A stretch of DNA of 64,000 bases from the NCBI GenBank assembly GCA_041589175.1, contig JBFHWF010000001.1:3798-67797 (forward strand). Direction: 5' to 3'. Source of the DNA: Gammaproteobacteria bacterium. Its GTDB lineage: Bacteria; Pseudomonadota; Gammaproteobacteria; SZUA-229. The notes beneath the pieces are model-generated. The model was not told where the DNA came from, did no database searches, and worked only from the letters and a program-made list of their open reading frames with translations. The position numbers were made by a program, and so were the translations under genes. This document shows, piece after piece, positions 38,287 through 47,511 of the stretch; position 1 is the stretch's first letter, and every line of letters starts with the position of its first letter.

Positions 38287-39503
38287 GTAATCGATATTTT
38301 CCTGTTCTGATGTTGTTTATGTTTCAGTTGTTTCAGCATCCTGTCGTTTTTGCCATTGATGTACAGGCCCGAATGCATGGCGTGGGGCAGATTCAGCACA
38401 ATACTCTGGATGCTTCAGCAGGCAGTCAGTATGCTATCGATCAGCGTCTGATGCTCAGTGAAAATCATACAGGCCTTAGCTGGGAATTACATGGCCGTAT
38501 TGAGTGGAATTATCTGTCAGATACGACTGATACGAACATTGCATGGCTTGATTCCAGCTATCGACATCAAGTGCAGGCGCTAGATATGCATCATCTTGTG
38601 CGTAGCACGGATCAGCAGCATATTGTGACAGAGATCGATCGTCTTTATGCATCGTTCAGCTTTATGGATATCAGCTGGAGTGTTGGTCGTACGGCCCTGA
38701 GCTGGGGTAATGGAATGGCGTTCAGTGTGCTGGATATATTTAACCCATTCGATCCGCTGCGCATCGATCAGGAATATAAACCTGGCACTGATATGATTTT
38801 TGCGCAGTATAACGTTGATAGCTGGAACGATATACAGGTTCTAGTGGTACCACGACGTGACCCCGTAGATTTTCAGATTGATGCTGAGTTTTCATCACTT
38901 GCAGTCAAGTTTCATCGAATAGAGGGGCGTCAGGATCTTGATCTATTACTCGCAAGTCACTACGACGAAACCATCTTTGGTATAGGATATGCTAATGACC
39001 TGTCTGGATACCTATGGCGCAATGATTTGTTGTTTGTTGATACTCAGGCCGGCAGGGAAGTGAGTGCTCTGAGTAATCTGAGTTATGCCTGGGTGGTGAG
39101 GGGTAAGAACCTGCATGCGTTTATAGAATTTTTCTTTAACAGTTATGGAGAGGAGTTCGAAACCGCTTATACACTGCAGAGCATTATGCAAAATCAGGCA
39201 TTATTTACGCGGTTGCAGCGCGGCGAAGTCTTTACATTGGGACGTCGATATCTGGCTCTCGGTGCTAATCTCGAATGGCATCCACTCTTCTATGTTTATC
39301 CTGCATATTATCGAAACCTCGATGATCATTCGGGTGTGTCCCAGATCTATTTCCACTACGACGTGTCTGAATCAGCCGTCATGCGTGCCGGTTTTACCAG
39401 GTATCATGGGAGTAATGGTACTGAATATGGTGGTGTGAATACTGATATATCTGTTATGGCACCAGCAGATCAGATTTTTGTTCAGCTTACGTTATATTTT
39501 TAA
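38283..39503 (+). CDS. Predicted outer-membrane beta-barrel protein, unknown family
   Basis: 406 aa. The signal peptide is 'MSNRYFPVLMLFMFQLFQHPVVFA'. It has many alternating hydrophobic/polar strands rich in Y/W/G and a C-terminal 'FVQLTLYF' with the terminal Phe typical of BAM substrates. An ATGA overlap joins it to the ATPase gene. Confidence 0.6.
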   Translation: MSNRYFPVLMLFMFQLFQHPVVFAIDVQARMHGVGQIQHNTLDASAGSQYAIDQRLMLSENHTGLSWELHGRIEWNYLSDTTDTNIAWLDSSYRHQVQALDMHHLVRSTDQQHIVTEIDRLYASFSFMDISWSVGRTALSWGNGMAFSVLDIFNPFDPLRIDQEYKPGTDMIFAQYNVDSWNDIQVLVVPRRDPVDFQIDAEFSSLAVKFHRIEGRQDLDLLLASHYDETIFGIGYANDLSGYLWRNDLLFVDTQAGREVSALSNLSYAWVVRGKNLHAFIEFFFNSYGEEFETAYTLQSIMQNQALFTRLQRGEVFTLGRRYLALGANLEWHPLFYVYPAYYRNLDDHSGVSQIYFHYDVSESAVMRAGFTRYHGSNGTEYGGVNTDISVMAPADQIFVQLTLYF

Positions 39504-39505
39504 TG

Positions 39506-40675
39506 CTAGCTCGTTTCAACGGACGTGCGTATAACATGAGCAGCCTGTGCAGGAAGAAAGTAATGATAAGCCGGCACTGAATGTAAAGGGTTGTTGGCAT
39601 TGTATTTCAGGCCATAGAGAGAAAAAAATCTGGATTTAAACGGCATTTCAACTTCTCGTCGGCTAACAAGTTCGAGTAGCTTGCCATTTTTCAGGATTTC
39701 CGGGAGGTCTGGTGAAATTGCGGTGAGTTCATGGTTGATCTCTGGTGGCAGTGTGTGCGTTATTTCAGGACGAGTGAATACCTGTTGTAGTAGCCCCTGG
39801 GTATACATTCCCGTGGGTGTCATTATTTTAATATTATGCTGCGCTAACAACTCACCGATTGATGTCAGAGTTATCGCTTGATGTTCGTTGTCGTTGATTG
39901 TTGCTCGCATCGCCAGGTGATGGGCAGTAAAACCATAGAGTCGATTCCAGTGCTGGATGATCTGTTTGGGGTGGTCATGGTCAGATTGATCAATAAACAG
40001 GCGTAGTACCTGACCATTATCCAGTATCTTATAAAGTAGATAAGCGCTCCAGCCATCATCAAATCGATAGAAATGAGCATCTGCCATATGCGCATGTCGA
40101 TATCCATGATGCTGAATTAACATATCACTAACTATACGTGCACTGTTGTGTGTTTCGTTGCCACAACGAATGGCGAGATGATCGAAATGAATATTCCAGT
40201 TGCAATCTCGCGCAAGTTTTAGCAATTGTAAATCTGCATGGCTGTTCAGAAGTGATTCGATACATTTGACTGCAGTATAAATATCAAGCTGCGAAACCCA
40301 GCTGGCAATAATGGCTGCGTCTTCGTCACTAAATGACTGATGGGATGCTGATATGATGTTGCGGGTAAATGATGTGGCGAAAGGATGTAGCTGGTGTTGT
40401 ATTGTAAGGCTGTCCTCGAATGGCAGCGATTGCCGTGCCAGTTGATAGGCGTCGATTAGTTTGGCTAGTGTCCTGATACCGGAAAACAATGTGGCTGCAC
40501 TGACAATGTCAGGCTGTGCATAAAAGGGTGTGAGATCAAACTCGACAAAATTGCCGGGCGTTTTTTCCAGTAAGACCCGAGATTGTGTCGAGCCTTTTTG
40601 AAAACTACTGTTTTTAATCGTACAGAGGTGCTCCGCCAGATCGCAGGCATAATCTGTAAAATCAGAGTGTTGCAT
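39506..40675 (-). CDS. Conserved hypothetical protein; possibly a DUF1338/HglS-like (VOC-fold) enzyme
   Basis: 389-aa ORF with no TM or signal peptide. It has His-containing blocks 'HFDHLAIRCGN' and 'FTAHHLAMRA' that faintly resemble the metal-binding blocks of DUF1338. The coding call is solid. The family assignment is weak and partly suggested by the neighbouring lysine-catabolic genes. Confidence 0.45.
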   Translation of the reverse strand: MQHSDFTDYACDLAEHLCTIKNSSFQKGSTQSRVLLEKTPGNFVEFDLTPFYAQPDIVSAATLFSGIRTLAKLIDAYQLARQSLPFEDSLTIQHQLHPFATSFTRNIISASHQSFSDEDAAIIASWVSQLDIYTAVKCIESLLNSHADLQLLKLARDCNWNIHFDHLAIRCGNETHNSARIVSDMLIQHHGYRHAHMADAHFYRFDDGWSAYLLYKILDNGQVLRLFIDQSDHDHPKQIIQHWNRLYGFTAHHLAMRATINDNEHQAITLTSIGELLAQHNIKIMTPTGMYTQGLLQQVFTRPEITHTLPPEINHELTAISPDLPEILKNGKLLELVSRREVEMPFKSRFFSLYGLKYNANNPLHSVPAYHYFLPAQAAHVIRTSVETS

Positions 40676-40738
40676 GGCGCACCCTCTCTATATCTCGTCA
40701 GGTGAAATGTATTTTGTCTACATCGCAAGCTCAGCCTG

Positions 40739-40756
40739 ACTATACTCAAGTATAGT
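40739..40756. promoter_or_regulatory. Perfect 18-bp palindrome (candidate operator / overlapping -10 boxes) in a divergent promoter region
   Basis: ACTATACT-CA-AGTATAGT lies 20 bp upstream of the ATG at 40777 and 64 bp from the divergent start at 40675. Each half contains a -10-like hexamer (TATACT) when read on either strand. Confidence 0.5.
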
Positions 40757-40776
40757 TTATTAGCGAGAGTAACCGC

Positions 40777-41877
40777 ATGCAGAATGTTCTATTATTAGGC
40801 GCGGGAAAAATTGGCTCACTGATCAGTGAGTTATTAGCTAGCTGTGGTGACTATCATGTCCACCTGGGGGATATCACCCGTAATCAGCAATGTCTGCGTG
40901 ATAATGTTTCGTTGCATCAGGTGGATGCAACCAATAAACAGCAACTTGCATCATTGATTGAGAGTCATTCGTTTGATGCCGTTATCTCCGGGCTCCCCTA
41001 TTTCTGTAATATTGGCGTGGTTGATCTGGCTTATCAGTATGGCCTCTGTTATTTTGATTTAACAGAAGATGTTGAAGTCACTCGACATGTCATAGCACGT
41101 AGTCGTCAATCTGATTCTCAGTCTTCAGATGTTGCCTATGTTCCACAGTGTGGTCTCGCGCCAGGGTTTATCAGCATCGTTGCGCAGCAGTTGATTAACA
41201 GTTTCGAAAAGCTGGATATGGTTAAGATGCGTGTCGGTGCATTGCCAGTTAATCAGAATAACACACTCAAATATTCGCTCACCTGGTCTACCGATGGCCT
41301 GATCAATGAATACGGTAATACCTGTTATGGAATTGAAAACTACAAACTGAAAGAATTGCTGCCACTGGAAGGGTATGAAACCATTAGTATCGATGGTTTA
41401 CCGTATGAGGCATTTAACACCTCAGGTGGTCTTGGGACTCTGGCGGATACCTATACCGGGAAATTGCATAGTATGAATTATAAAACCCTGCGTTATCCCG
41501 GTCATTGTGAAATGGTTCGCCTGCTTATGAACGATCTCAAGCTCAATGATGATAGAGAGACTTTAAAACGTATTCTTGAAAATTCTGTACCAAAAACCAG
41601 GCAGGATGTTGTGATTATCTATGTGTCAGTATCTGGTTATATCGACGGACAGTTGTATGAGGAAAATTACCTTAACAAGATATATCCACACACAATAGGT
41701 GGTGAGTTATGGTCTGCTATCCAGGTTTCAACGGCTACCAGCCTGTGCGCAGTGTTTGACATAGTTATGGCACGGCGTGATCACTATCATGGTCTCGTCA
41801 GACAGGAAGATATAATTCTGAAGGAATTTCTCGAGAATCGTTTCGGTGTGTATTACCAGCAGGGGAGTCATTCGTGA
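40777..41877 (+). CDS. Saccharopine-dehydrogenase-family oxidoreductase (candidate L-lysine 6-dehydrogenase)
   Basis: 366 aa with an N-terminal Rossmann 'VLLLGAGKIGSLISELLA'. Length and layout fit the saccharopine-dehydrogenase NAD(P)-binding plus C-terminal domain family. The stop overlaps the start of the ALDH7 gene (GTGATG). Confidence 0.7.
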   Translation: MQNVLLLGAGKIGSLISELLASCGDYHVHLGDITRNQQCLRDNVSLHQVDATNKQQLASLIESHSFDAVISGLPYFCNIGVVDLAYQYGLCYFDLTEDVEVTRHVIARSRQSDSQSSDVAYVPQCGLAPGFISIVAQQLINSFEKLDMVKMRVGALPVNQNNTLKYSLTWSTDGLINEYGNTCYGIENYKLKELLPLEGYETISIDGLPYEAFNTSGGLGTLADTYTGKLHSMNYKTLRYPGHCEMVRLLMNDLKLNDDRETLKRILENSVPKTRQDVVIIYVSVSGYIDGQLYEENYLNKIYPHTIGGELWSAIQVSTATSLCAVFDIVMARRDHYHGLVRQEDIILKEFLENRFGVYYQQGSHS

Positions 41878-43394
41878 TGGATATACTCAAACAGCTGAAT
41901 ATAGAGCCCCAGAATCCTGGAGGCTATGCAGGCGACGGTAACTGGTATCAGGGTGACGTTGAAATTGTATCCATTAACCCGGCGAGTGAGCAACCCATCG
42001 CTAGTGTATTTGCCTGTGGTGAAATGCATTATGACGAGATTATGAAACACAGTCAGCAGGCCTTTCTGGAATGGCGTCGTCTGCCAGCGCCCAGACGCGG
42101 TGAATGCATACGCCGTATTGCTGATGTGCTGCGTGACAACAAGGATGCACTGGGTTCACTGGTTGCCATGGAGATGGGTAAAATAAAATCCGAAGGCGAT
42201 GGTGAAGTGCAGGAAATGATTGATATGGCCGACTTCGCGGTTGGATTATCACGCATGCTATACGGTAAAACCATGCATTCTGAACGTGTCGGGCATCGTA
42301 TGTATGAGCAGTGGCACCCGTTGGGTATCGTGGGTGTCATTACGGCATTTAATTTTCCCGTTGCCGTCTGGGCATGGAATGCATTTATTGCTGCTGTGTG
42401 TGGAAATGTAGTTGTCTGGAAGCCATCATCCAAAGTGCCCTTGTGTGCGATTGCAGTCCAGCATATTTGCAATCGAGTAATGTCGGATATGGGGCATCCA
42501 GGTGTGTTTTCATTGTTTGTGGCAGCAGAACGGCGCGTCGCACAGCTTATGGTCGATGACCCCAGGGTGCCTCTGGTTTCGTTTACCGGTTCTAGTCATA
42601 CGGGGCGTGATATCGCAATGTCGGTTGCTCGTAGACTAGGTCGTTATCTGCTGGAAATGAGTGGTAATAATGCCATTATTGTTGATGACACTGCAGACCT
42701 TGATCTGGCTGTGCCTGCCATTGTTTTTGGTGCAGTCGGCACTGCGGGACAACGTTGTACGACAACACGACGAGTATTTGTCGAGAGCTCGATACGCGAT
42801 GAGTTACTTGACCGCTTATTGAATGCTTATCATCAGGTTAAACACGGCGATCCGTTACATGCCGATACCCTGCTGGGTCCTTTAATAGATGCTGCAGCAG
42901 TGGATGCATATACCCAGGCAATACGCGAGATCGAACAGGCAGGTGGCAAAATACTCTGTGGTGGTAAGTGTATACCCGGCGACGGCTATTTTGTAGAGCC
43001 TGCAATTGTACTGGCAGAACATGACTGGGACATTGTTCAACAGGAAACCTTTGCGCCAATACTTTACATTATGACTTACGATAACCTGCAGCATGCCATT
43101 GCTATGCAGAACGAGGTAACGCAGGGGTTATCATCTGCCATGTTTACCTGTGATCTACGTAACAGTGAGCTGTTTCTCTCTGCACGGGGAAGTGATTGCG
43201 GTATTGCTAACATTAACATCGGTACCTCGGGTGCGGAAATTGGTGGAGCCTTTGGTGGTGAAAAGGAAACAGGTGGTGGCAGAGAGGCCGGCTCCGACAG
43301 CTGGAAAGCCTATATGCGTCGCCAGACCTGTACCATTAACTGGAGTCGAGATCTGCCGCTGGCTCAGGGTATCCAGTTTAATATCGATACCTGA
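41874..43394 (+). CDS. amaB: Alpha-aminoadipic semialdehyde / piperideine-6-carboxylate dehydrogenase (ALDH7 family)
   Basis: 506 aa, strongly collinear with human ALDH7A1 as recalled. Matching blocks are '[19 protein letters not shown]', '[14 protein letters not shown]', '[14 protein letters not shown]' and '[49 protein letters not shown]'. The start is GTG 41874 or ATG 41877. Confidence 0.92.
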   Translation: MMDILKQLNIEPQNPGGYAGDGNWYQGDVEIVSINPASEQPIASVFACGEMHYDEIMKHSQQAFLEWRRLPAPRRGECIRRIADVLRDNKDALGSLVAMEMGKIKSEGDGEVQEMIDMADFAVGLSRMLYGKTMHSERVGHRMYEQWHPLGIVGVITAFNFPVAVWAWNAFIAAVCGNVVVWKPSSKVPLCAIAVQHICNRVMSDMGHPGVFSLFVAAERRVAQLMVDDPRVPLVSFTGSSHTGRDIAMSVARRLGRYLLEMSGNNAIIVDDTADLDLAVPAIVFGAVGTAGQRCTTTRRVFVESSIRDELLDRLLNAYHQVKHGDPLHADTLLGPLIDAAAVDAYTQAIREIEQAGGKILCGGKCIPGDGYFVEPAIVLAEHDWDIVQQETFAPILYIMTYDNLQHAIAMQNEVTQGLSSAMFTCDLRNSELFLSARGSDCGIANINIGTSGAEIGGAFGGEKETGGGREAGSDSWKAYMRRQTCTINWSRDLPLAQGIQFNIDT

Positions 43395-43463
43395 GGCTGC
43401 CGATTACCCCAGTGTATATCTGTGTGCTGATATTTGATTTTTTACATGGCACAATCATTAGCC

Positions 43464-44282
43464 ATGAAAACTCTCGAATCCACATTAATTGATATCGGTG
43501 CCAACCTGACATCACGGGCATTTGCAAAAGATCTGCATGATGTGATTGCACGTGCTGTTTCACAGGGTGTTGATAAAATGCTGGTCACCGGTACCAGTCT
43601 CGAACACAGTGAAGCAGCCCTGCAATTGTGTGAAGCGTATGCGGGGCGGCTGTATTCCACCTGTGGAATTCATCCTCATCATGCAGGGGAGTGGACCAGG
43701 ACGACGGCTGATCAGCTGAAAGATCTGGCAGACCATGCCTGTGTACGCGCGATTGGCGAATGTGGCCTGGATTATAATCGTAATTTTTCCACGCCACATG
43801 ACCAGCGTTATGCCTTTGAAGCACAGCTGGAACTAGCGGCTGAATTACAGTTACCCGTATTTTTACATCAGCGTGATGCCCATGATGATTTTGTTAAACT
43901 CCTTGAGCACTGGCGGCCGCAGTTAGTCGGTGGTGTTGCCCACTGTTTTACCGGTAATGCGGATCAGGCAAGGGCATATCTTGATCTGGATCTGGATATC
44001 GGTATCACCGGCTGGATCTGTGATGAGCGGCGGGGGCAGGATTTGCAACAGGCGGTAAAGCATATTCCTGTTGATCGCCTGATGATTGAAACCGATGCGC
44101 CTTACCTGATGCCGCGTGATCTGCCCCATGAACTTGCTGTTCAGCTACAGCCGCGACGTAATGAACCGATGACACTGCCGCATGTTTGCCGAGCTGTTGC
44201 AGGCTGTATGAATACCGACGCAGAGCGAGTTGCGTCACACTCTACGCAACGAGCCAGTCAATTGTTTTCACTTGATGACTGA
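43464..44282 (+). CDS. tatD: TatD-family 3'-5' exonuclease / metal-dependent hydrolase
   Basis: The ORF is open from 43434. The Met at 43464 gives 'MKTLESTLIDIGANLTS', aligning with E. coli TatD 'MFDIGVNLTS'. 'AIGECGLDYNRNFSTP', 'CFTG', 'IGITGWICDERRG' and 'ETDAPYLMPRDL...RRNEP' all match. Confidence 0.9.
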   Translation: MKTLESTLIDIGANLTSRAFAKDLHDVIARAVSQGVDKMLVTGTSLEHSEAALQLCEAYAGRLYSTCGIHPHHAGEWTRTTADQLKDLADHACVRAIGECGLDYNRNFSTPHDQRYAFEAQLELAAELQLPVFLHQRDAHDDFVKLLEHWRPQLVGGVAHCFTGNADQARAYLDLDLDIGITGWICDERRGQDLQQAVKHIPVDRLMIETDAPYLMPRDLPHELAVQLQPRRNEPMTLPHVCRAVAGCMNTDAERVASHSTQRASQLFSLDD

Positions 44283-44366
44283 AGTTTGCTATAAACAAAT
44301 TGCTAGGATTTCCTGTGCCAGCAGGGTCTATAGTCATGACATATAACAAACTATTACAGGTCAGTC

Positions 44367-46730
44367 TTGAAACCACAGCGCCGCATCTATCTATCGTTAT
44401 TTATATTTGCCAGTTTCCTGCTGGTATTGCTATCGTTGCAGTCGAACACCTTTCGCTGGCTGGATGCGCAGATGTTTCGTGCGGCGAGCCTGTTGTTGCC
44501 TGAGCACGCTGGAAAAACACCTTATCAGGCAGTACTACTCGATGAGGCCCAGTTGCAGATGCCCGAGGGAATACAGTCGCTACGCACGTTGCTGCGTAGC
44601 CTGAAAAAGGCCGGGGCGAGTGAAATTGTCTGGTTGAGCAATGACTTTCCACGCATGGATTTCCAGCAATCTGAAGCTGTTGATGGCAGTCGTGAGATTG
44701 AGGCGCAGGCAAGCTGGGTTCCGACACAGGGTGAGCGTAACAAACTGGCCTGGATGCTGGAAAATCAGCAGGTGTTCCTCACGCAGTACGGGATACAGCC
44801 GCAGCACATCAATGGTGTCGACTATCAGCAGACATTATTGTCTGAGCAGGGCTGGAAGGCGGCGATTCCAGCGGGCCTGCGTTCCCGTACACAGCAGTTT
44901 CGGCTGATCAATACACGTTTTCCATATCGAGTTTATCCGTTTGGTGTCGATCCTGCGGGCTGGCTGCCACTGATATGGTATGACGGGTCTAATACCCTGA
45001 CTCAGCCCAGCCTCGTCTTATCCATCTACAGTCAGCTGTCACAGAGTCGACATCTTCACTGGGACGAATCCGGTGTGATCTCACTGGACAGTACGCGCAT
45101 ACGTGCCAGTGAATCGGGATATGTACTGAGTTATTTCTCGGGTCTGACCGGGCGGCATAGCCAGTTTACCCGGTTTAGCCTGGAGAATGCGTTGAAAATG
45201 CCGGCTTCGCACTTCTCCCGTCAACTGGTTATTCTTGGACAGGACATGCAGCAGATACAGATGCTGGCAGATAGCCTGGCTAGCCTGGAGAATGGCCTCA
45301 GTTATGCGCCACCGGAAAATCACAGCGTTTGGCAACTCGCCTTGCTGGTAGTAACAGCGATATATGGACTGTGGATATTACCGAAGGTTTCGCGCAATAC
45401 CGGTGTGGTACTGGGAGCACTATTACTGGTGGGATGTCTCTCGATGCAGCTGGTGCTATTACTGGTAAAAGCAAGCTGGTTCACAACCGTTCCATTTTTA
45501 TTACTGCTGATCGGCATACAGGTGGGTGTATATATCTATCTGTCTGCCAGGCTGGGATATCAGTTATTACAACAGAAACAGCAGCAGCTGTACTACGAAT
45601 TTGGACATTATCAGTTTCATAAAGGGGACTACGAAGCCGCATTGAGTCATCTGCTGAAATCGGGTAATGCAGATAACACGCTCGCTGATCTTTATGAGAT
45701 CGGTTTGAGTTTTGAGCGAAAGCGCCAGTACGAACGTGCACTCAATGTGTATATGGAAATTGATAGTCGGCAGAAAAATTATAAAGATGTTGATCGACGC
45801 CTGCAGTCGATGACGGGCTTTGCACCACAGCAACGGGAAACACCGACACCTTTTCAGTCACAGAAAACTCTGGTGATGCCTGAACTTGAAATGCCCGAGT
45901 TCGGTCGCTACAAGATCGAAAAAGAGCTGGGGCGTGGAGCTATGGGAGTGGTTTATCTTGGGCTTGATCCAAAAATTAATCGCCAGGTGGCCATCAAGAC
46001 ACTGGATTATTCTCAGTTTTCCGAGAACGAAGTGAACACCGTGAAATCTCGCTTTTTCCGCGAGGCTGAAGCGGCGGGGCGCCTCAGCCATAACCAGATC
46101 GTGACAGTGTATGATGTCGGCGAAGAAGAAGGGCTGGCATTTATTGCAATGGATTATGTTAAGGGCGTGCCGTTATCGAATTATACCCGTGACGGACAAT
46201 TGTTACCCCTGCATGATGTTTATCAAATTATTCAGAGCGTTGCAGAAGCACTGGATTATGCGCATAGTCAGAACATAGTGCATCGAGATATTAAACCCGG
46301 GAATATTATGTATAACCCGGAGAGTCGACAGATAAAAATAACTGACTTTGGTATTGCCCGAATTACAGACTCGGTAAAAACGCGTACCGGTAGTTTTATG
46401 GGTAGCCCATCTTATATGGCGCCGGAGCAGATGTCGGGTTCGAGGGTGGATGGACGAGCCGATCTGTATGCACTCGGTGTCAGCTTTTATCAGTTACTGA
46501 CGGGTAAATTGCCCTTTGAAGCGGATAGTCTTGGGAATCTGGCATTTAAAATAACCAATGAAAAACATCGGCCAGTACGGGATTTACGTCCAGATTTGCC
46601 AGGTAGTGCAACGCGGATAGTCAATAAAGCCCTGCAGAAAGATCCGGAAAAGCGATATCAGACAGGTCAGGAAATGGCAGTGGCACTATCACGTGGTCTG
46701 GAAGACCTGCAGAAGGCTACGACAATATGA
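44367..46730 (+). CDS. Membrane sensor Ser/Thr protein kinase (CHASE2-like periplasmic region, TPR-like linker, Hanks kinase)
   Basis: 787 aa with a TTG start. It has an N-terminal TM, a ~300-aa extracytoplasmic region and three TM helices. Two TPR-like repeats follow ('YQFHKGDYEAALSHLLK', 'FERKRQYERALNVYMEI'). The kinase motifs are 'VAIKTL', 'HRDIKPGNI', 'TDFGIA' and 'SPSYMAPE'. Confidence 0.88.
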   Translation: MKPQRRIYLSLFIFASFLLVLLSLQSNTFRWLDAQMFRAASLLLPEHAGKTPYQAVLLDEAQLQMPEGIQSLRTLLRSLKKAGASEIVWLSNDFPRMDFQQSEAVDGSREIEAQASWVPTQGERNKLAWMLENQQVFLTQYGIQPQHINGVDYQQTLLSEQGWKAAIPAGLRSRTQQFRLINTRFPYRVYPFGVDPAGWLPLIWYDGSNTLTQPSLVLSIYSQLSQSRHLHWDESGVISLDSTRIRASESGYVLSYFSGLTGRHSQFTRFSLENALKMPASHFSRQLVILGQDMQQIQMLADSLASLENGLSYAPPENHSVWQLALLVVTAIYGLWILPKVSRNTGVVLGALLLVGCLSMQLVLLLVKASWFTTVPFLLLLIGIQVGVYIYLSARLGYQLLQQKQQQLYYEFGHYQFHKGDYEAALSHLLKSGNADNTLADLYEIGLSFERKRQYERALNVYMEIDSRQKNYKDVDRRLQSMTGFAPQQRETPTPFQSQKTLVMPELEMPEFGRYKIEKELGRGAMGVVYLGLDPKINRQVAIKTLDYSQFSENEVNTVKSRFFREAEAAGRLSHNQIVTVYDVGEEEGLAFIAMDYVKGVPLSNYTRDGQLLPLHDVYQIIQSVAEALDYAHSQNIVHRDIKPGNIMYNPESRQIKITDFGIARITDSVKTRTGSFMGSPSYMAPEQMSGSRVDGRADLYALGVSFYQLLTGKLPFEADSLGNLAFKITNEKHRPVRDLRPDLPGSATRIVNKALQKDPEKRYQTGQEMAVALSRGLEDLQKATTI

Positions 46731-47494
46731 GTGACGATCTTAGTATTGAGTTTGCAGGTGGCAGTGATATCGGGCGCCATCGTGATCATAATGAAGATCG
46801 AATTTTTCTGGCGCATTATGCACATAGTGATGTTTACCTGTTTGCTGTAGCCGATGGCGTCGGCGGGCATAAAGGGGGAGAAGTAGCCAGCCAGATGGTG
46901 ATCGATAGTCTCGATAAAAGTATTCAGTCCGCTGTATTACAGGCGCACAGTGGTGGTGGCTATAGTGAGCACTGGCTCGAACATACGCTTGATGCTGCAA
47001 TACAGGAAGCCAATCAGCAAGTTATTCAACAACAACAGAATACTGAACTTGAGAATATGGCAACCACACTGGTTGTTATGCTGGTGAAGGCTAATCAATA
47101 TCAGCTAAGCCATCTGGGTGACTCACGTTGTTATGAGTCTACGGCTGCGGCATTACGTCAGCTTACGGAAGATCACACCGTGCTCAGACAGATGCTGAAT
47201 CGGGGAGAAATTAATCTGCAACAATATGAGATGCTGCCGTATCATAATATGATCAGTAATGCGATCGGGCTAACACAGCCTGCCGAGATTGAAACACAGG
47301 CAGGAAGGCTGGAAACCGGAAGCATTTATCTGCTCTGCAGTGACGGGCTCACCAACTGTGTAGAAGACGAAACGATTCAGATAGTTTTACATCAACAACA
47401 GGAACTCGACCTGTGTGTTGATAAGCTGATAACGCAGGCCAATGATGGTGGTGGTATCGATAATATTTCAGTTGTGTTGTTTCGGCTGAGTTGA
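46727..47494 (+). CDS. PP2C-family Ser/Thr protein phosphatase
   Basis: 255 aa with motifs 'RDHNEDR', 'FAVADGVGGHKGGEVAS', 'GDSR' and 'LLCSDGLTN..' followed by 'DNISVV'. A 4-nt overlap joins it to the kinase gene. Confidence 0.9.
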   Translation: MSDDLSIEFAGGSDIGRHRDHNEDRIFLAHYAHSDVYLFAVADGVGGHKGGEVASQMVIDSLDKSIQSAVLQAHSGGGYSEHWLEHTLDAAIQEANQQVIQQQQNTELENMATTLVVMLVKANQYQLSHLGDSRCYESTAAALRQLTEDHTVLRQMLNRGEINLQQYEMLPYHNMISNAIGLTQPAEIETQAGRLETGSIYLLCSDGLTNCVEDETIQIVLHQQQELDLCVDKLITQANDGGGIDNISVVLFRLS

Positions 47495-47511
47495 AACCAG
47501 GGAACAGGAAG

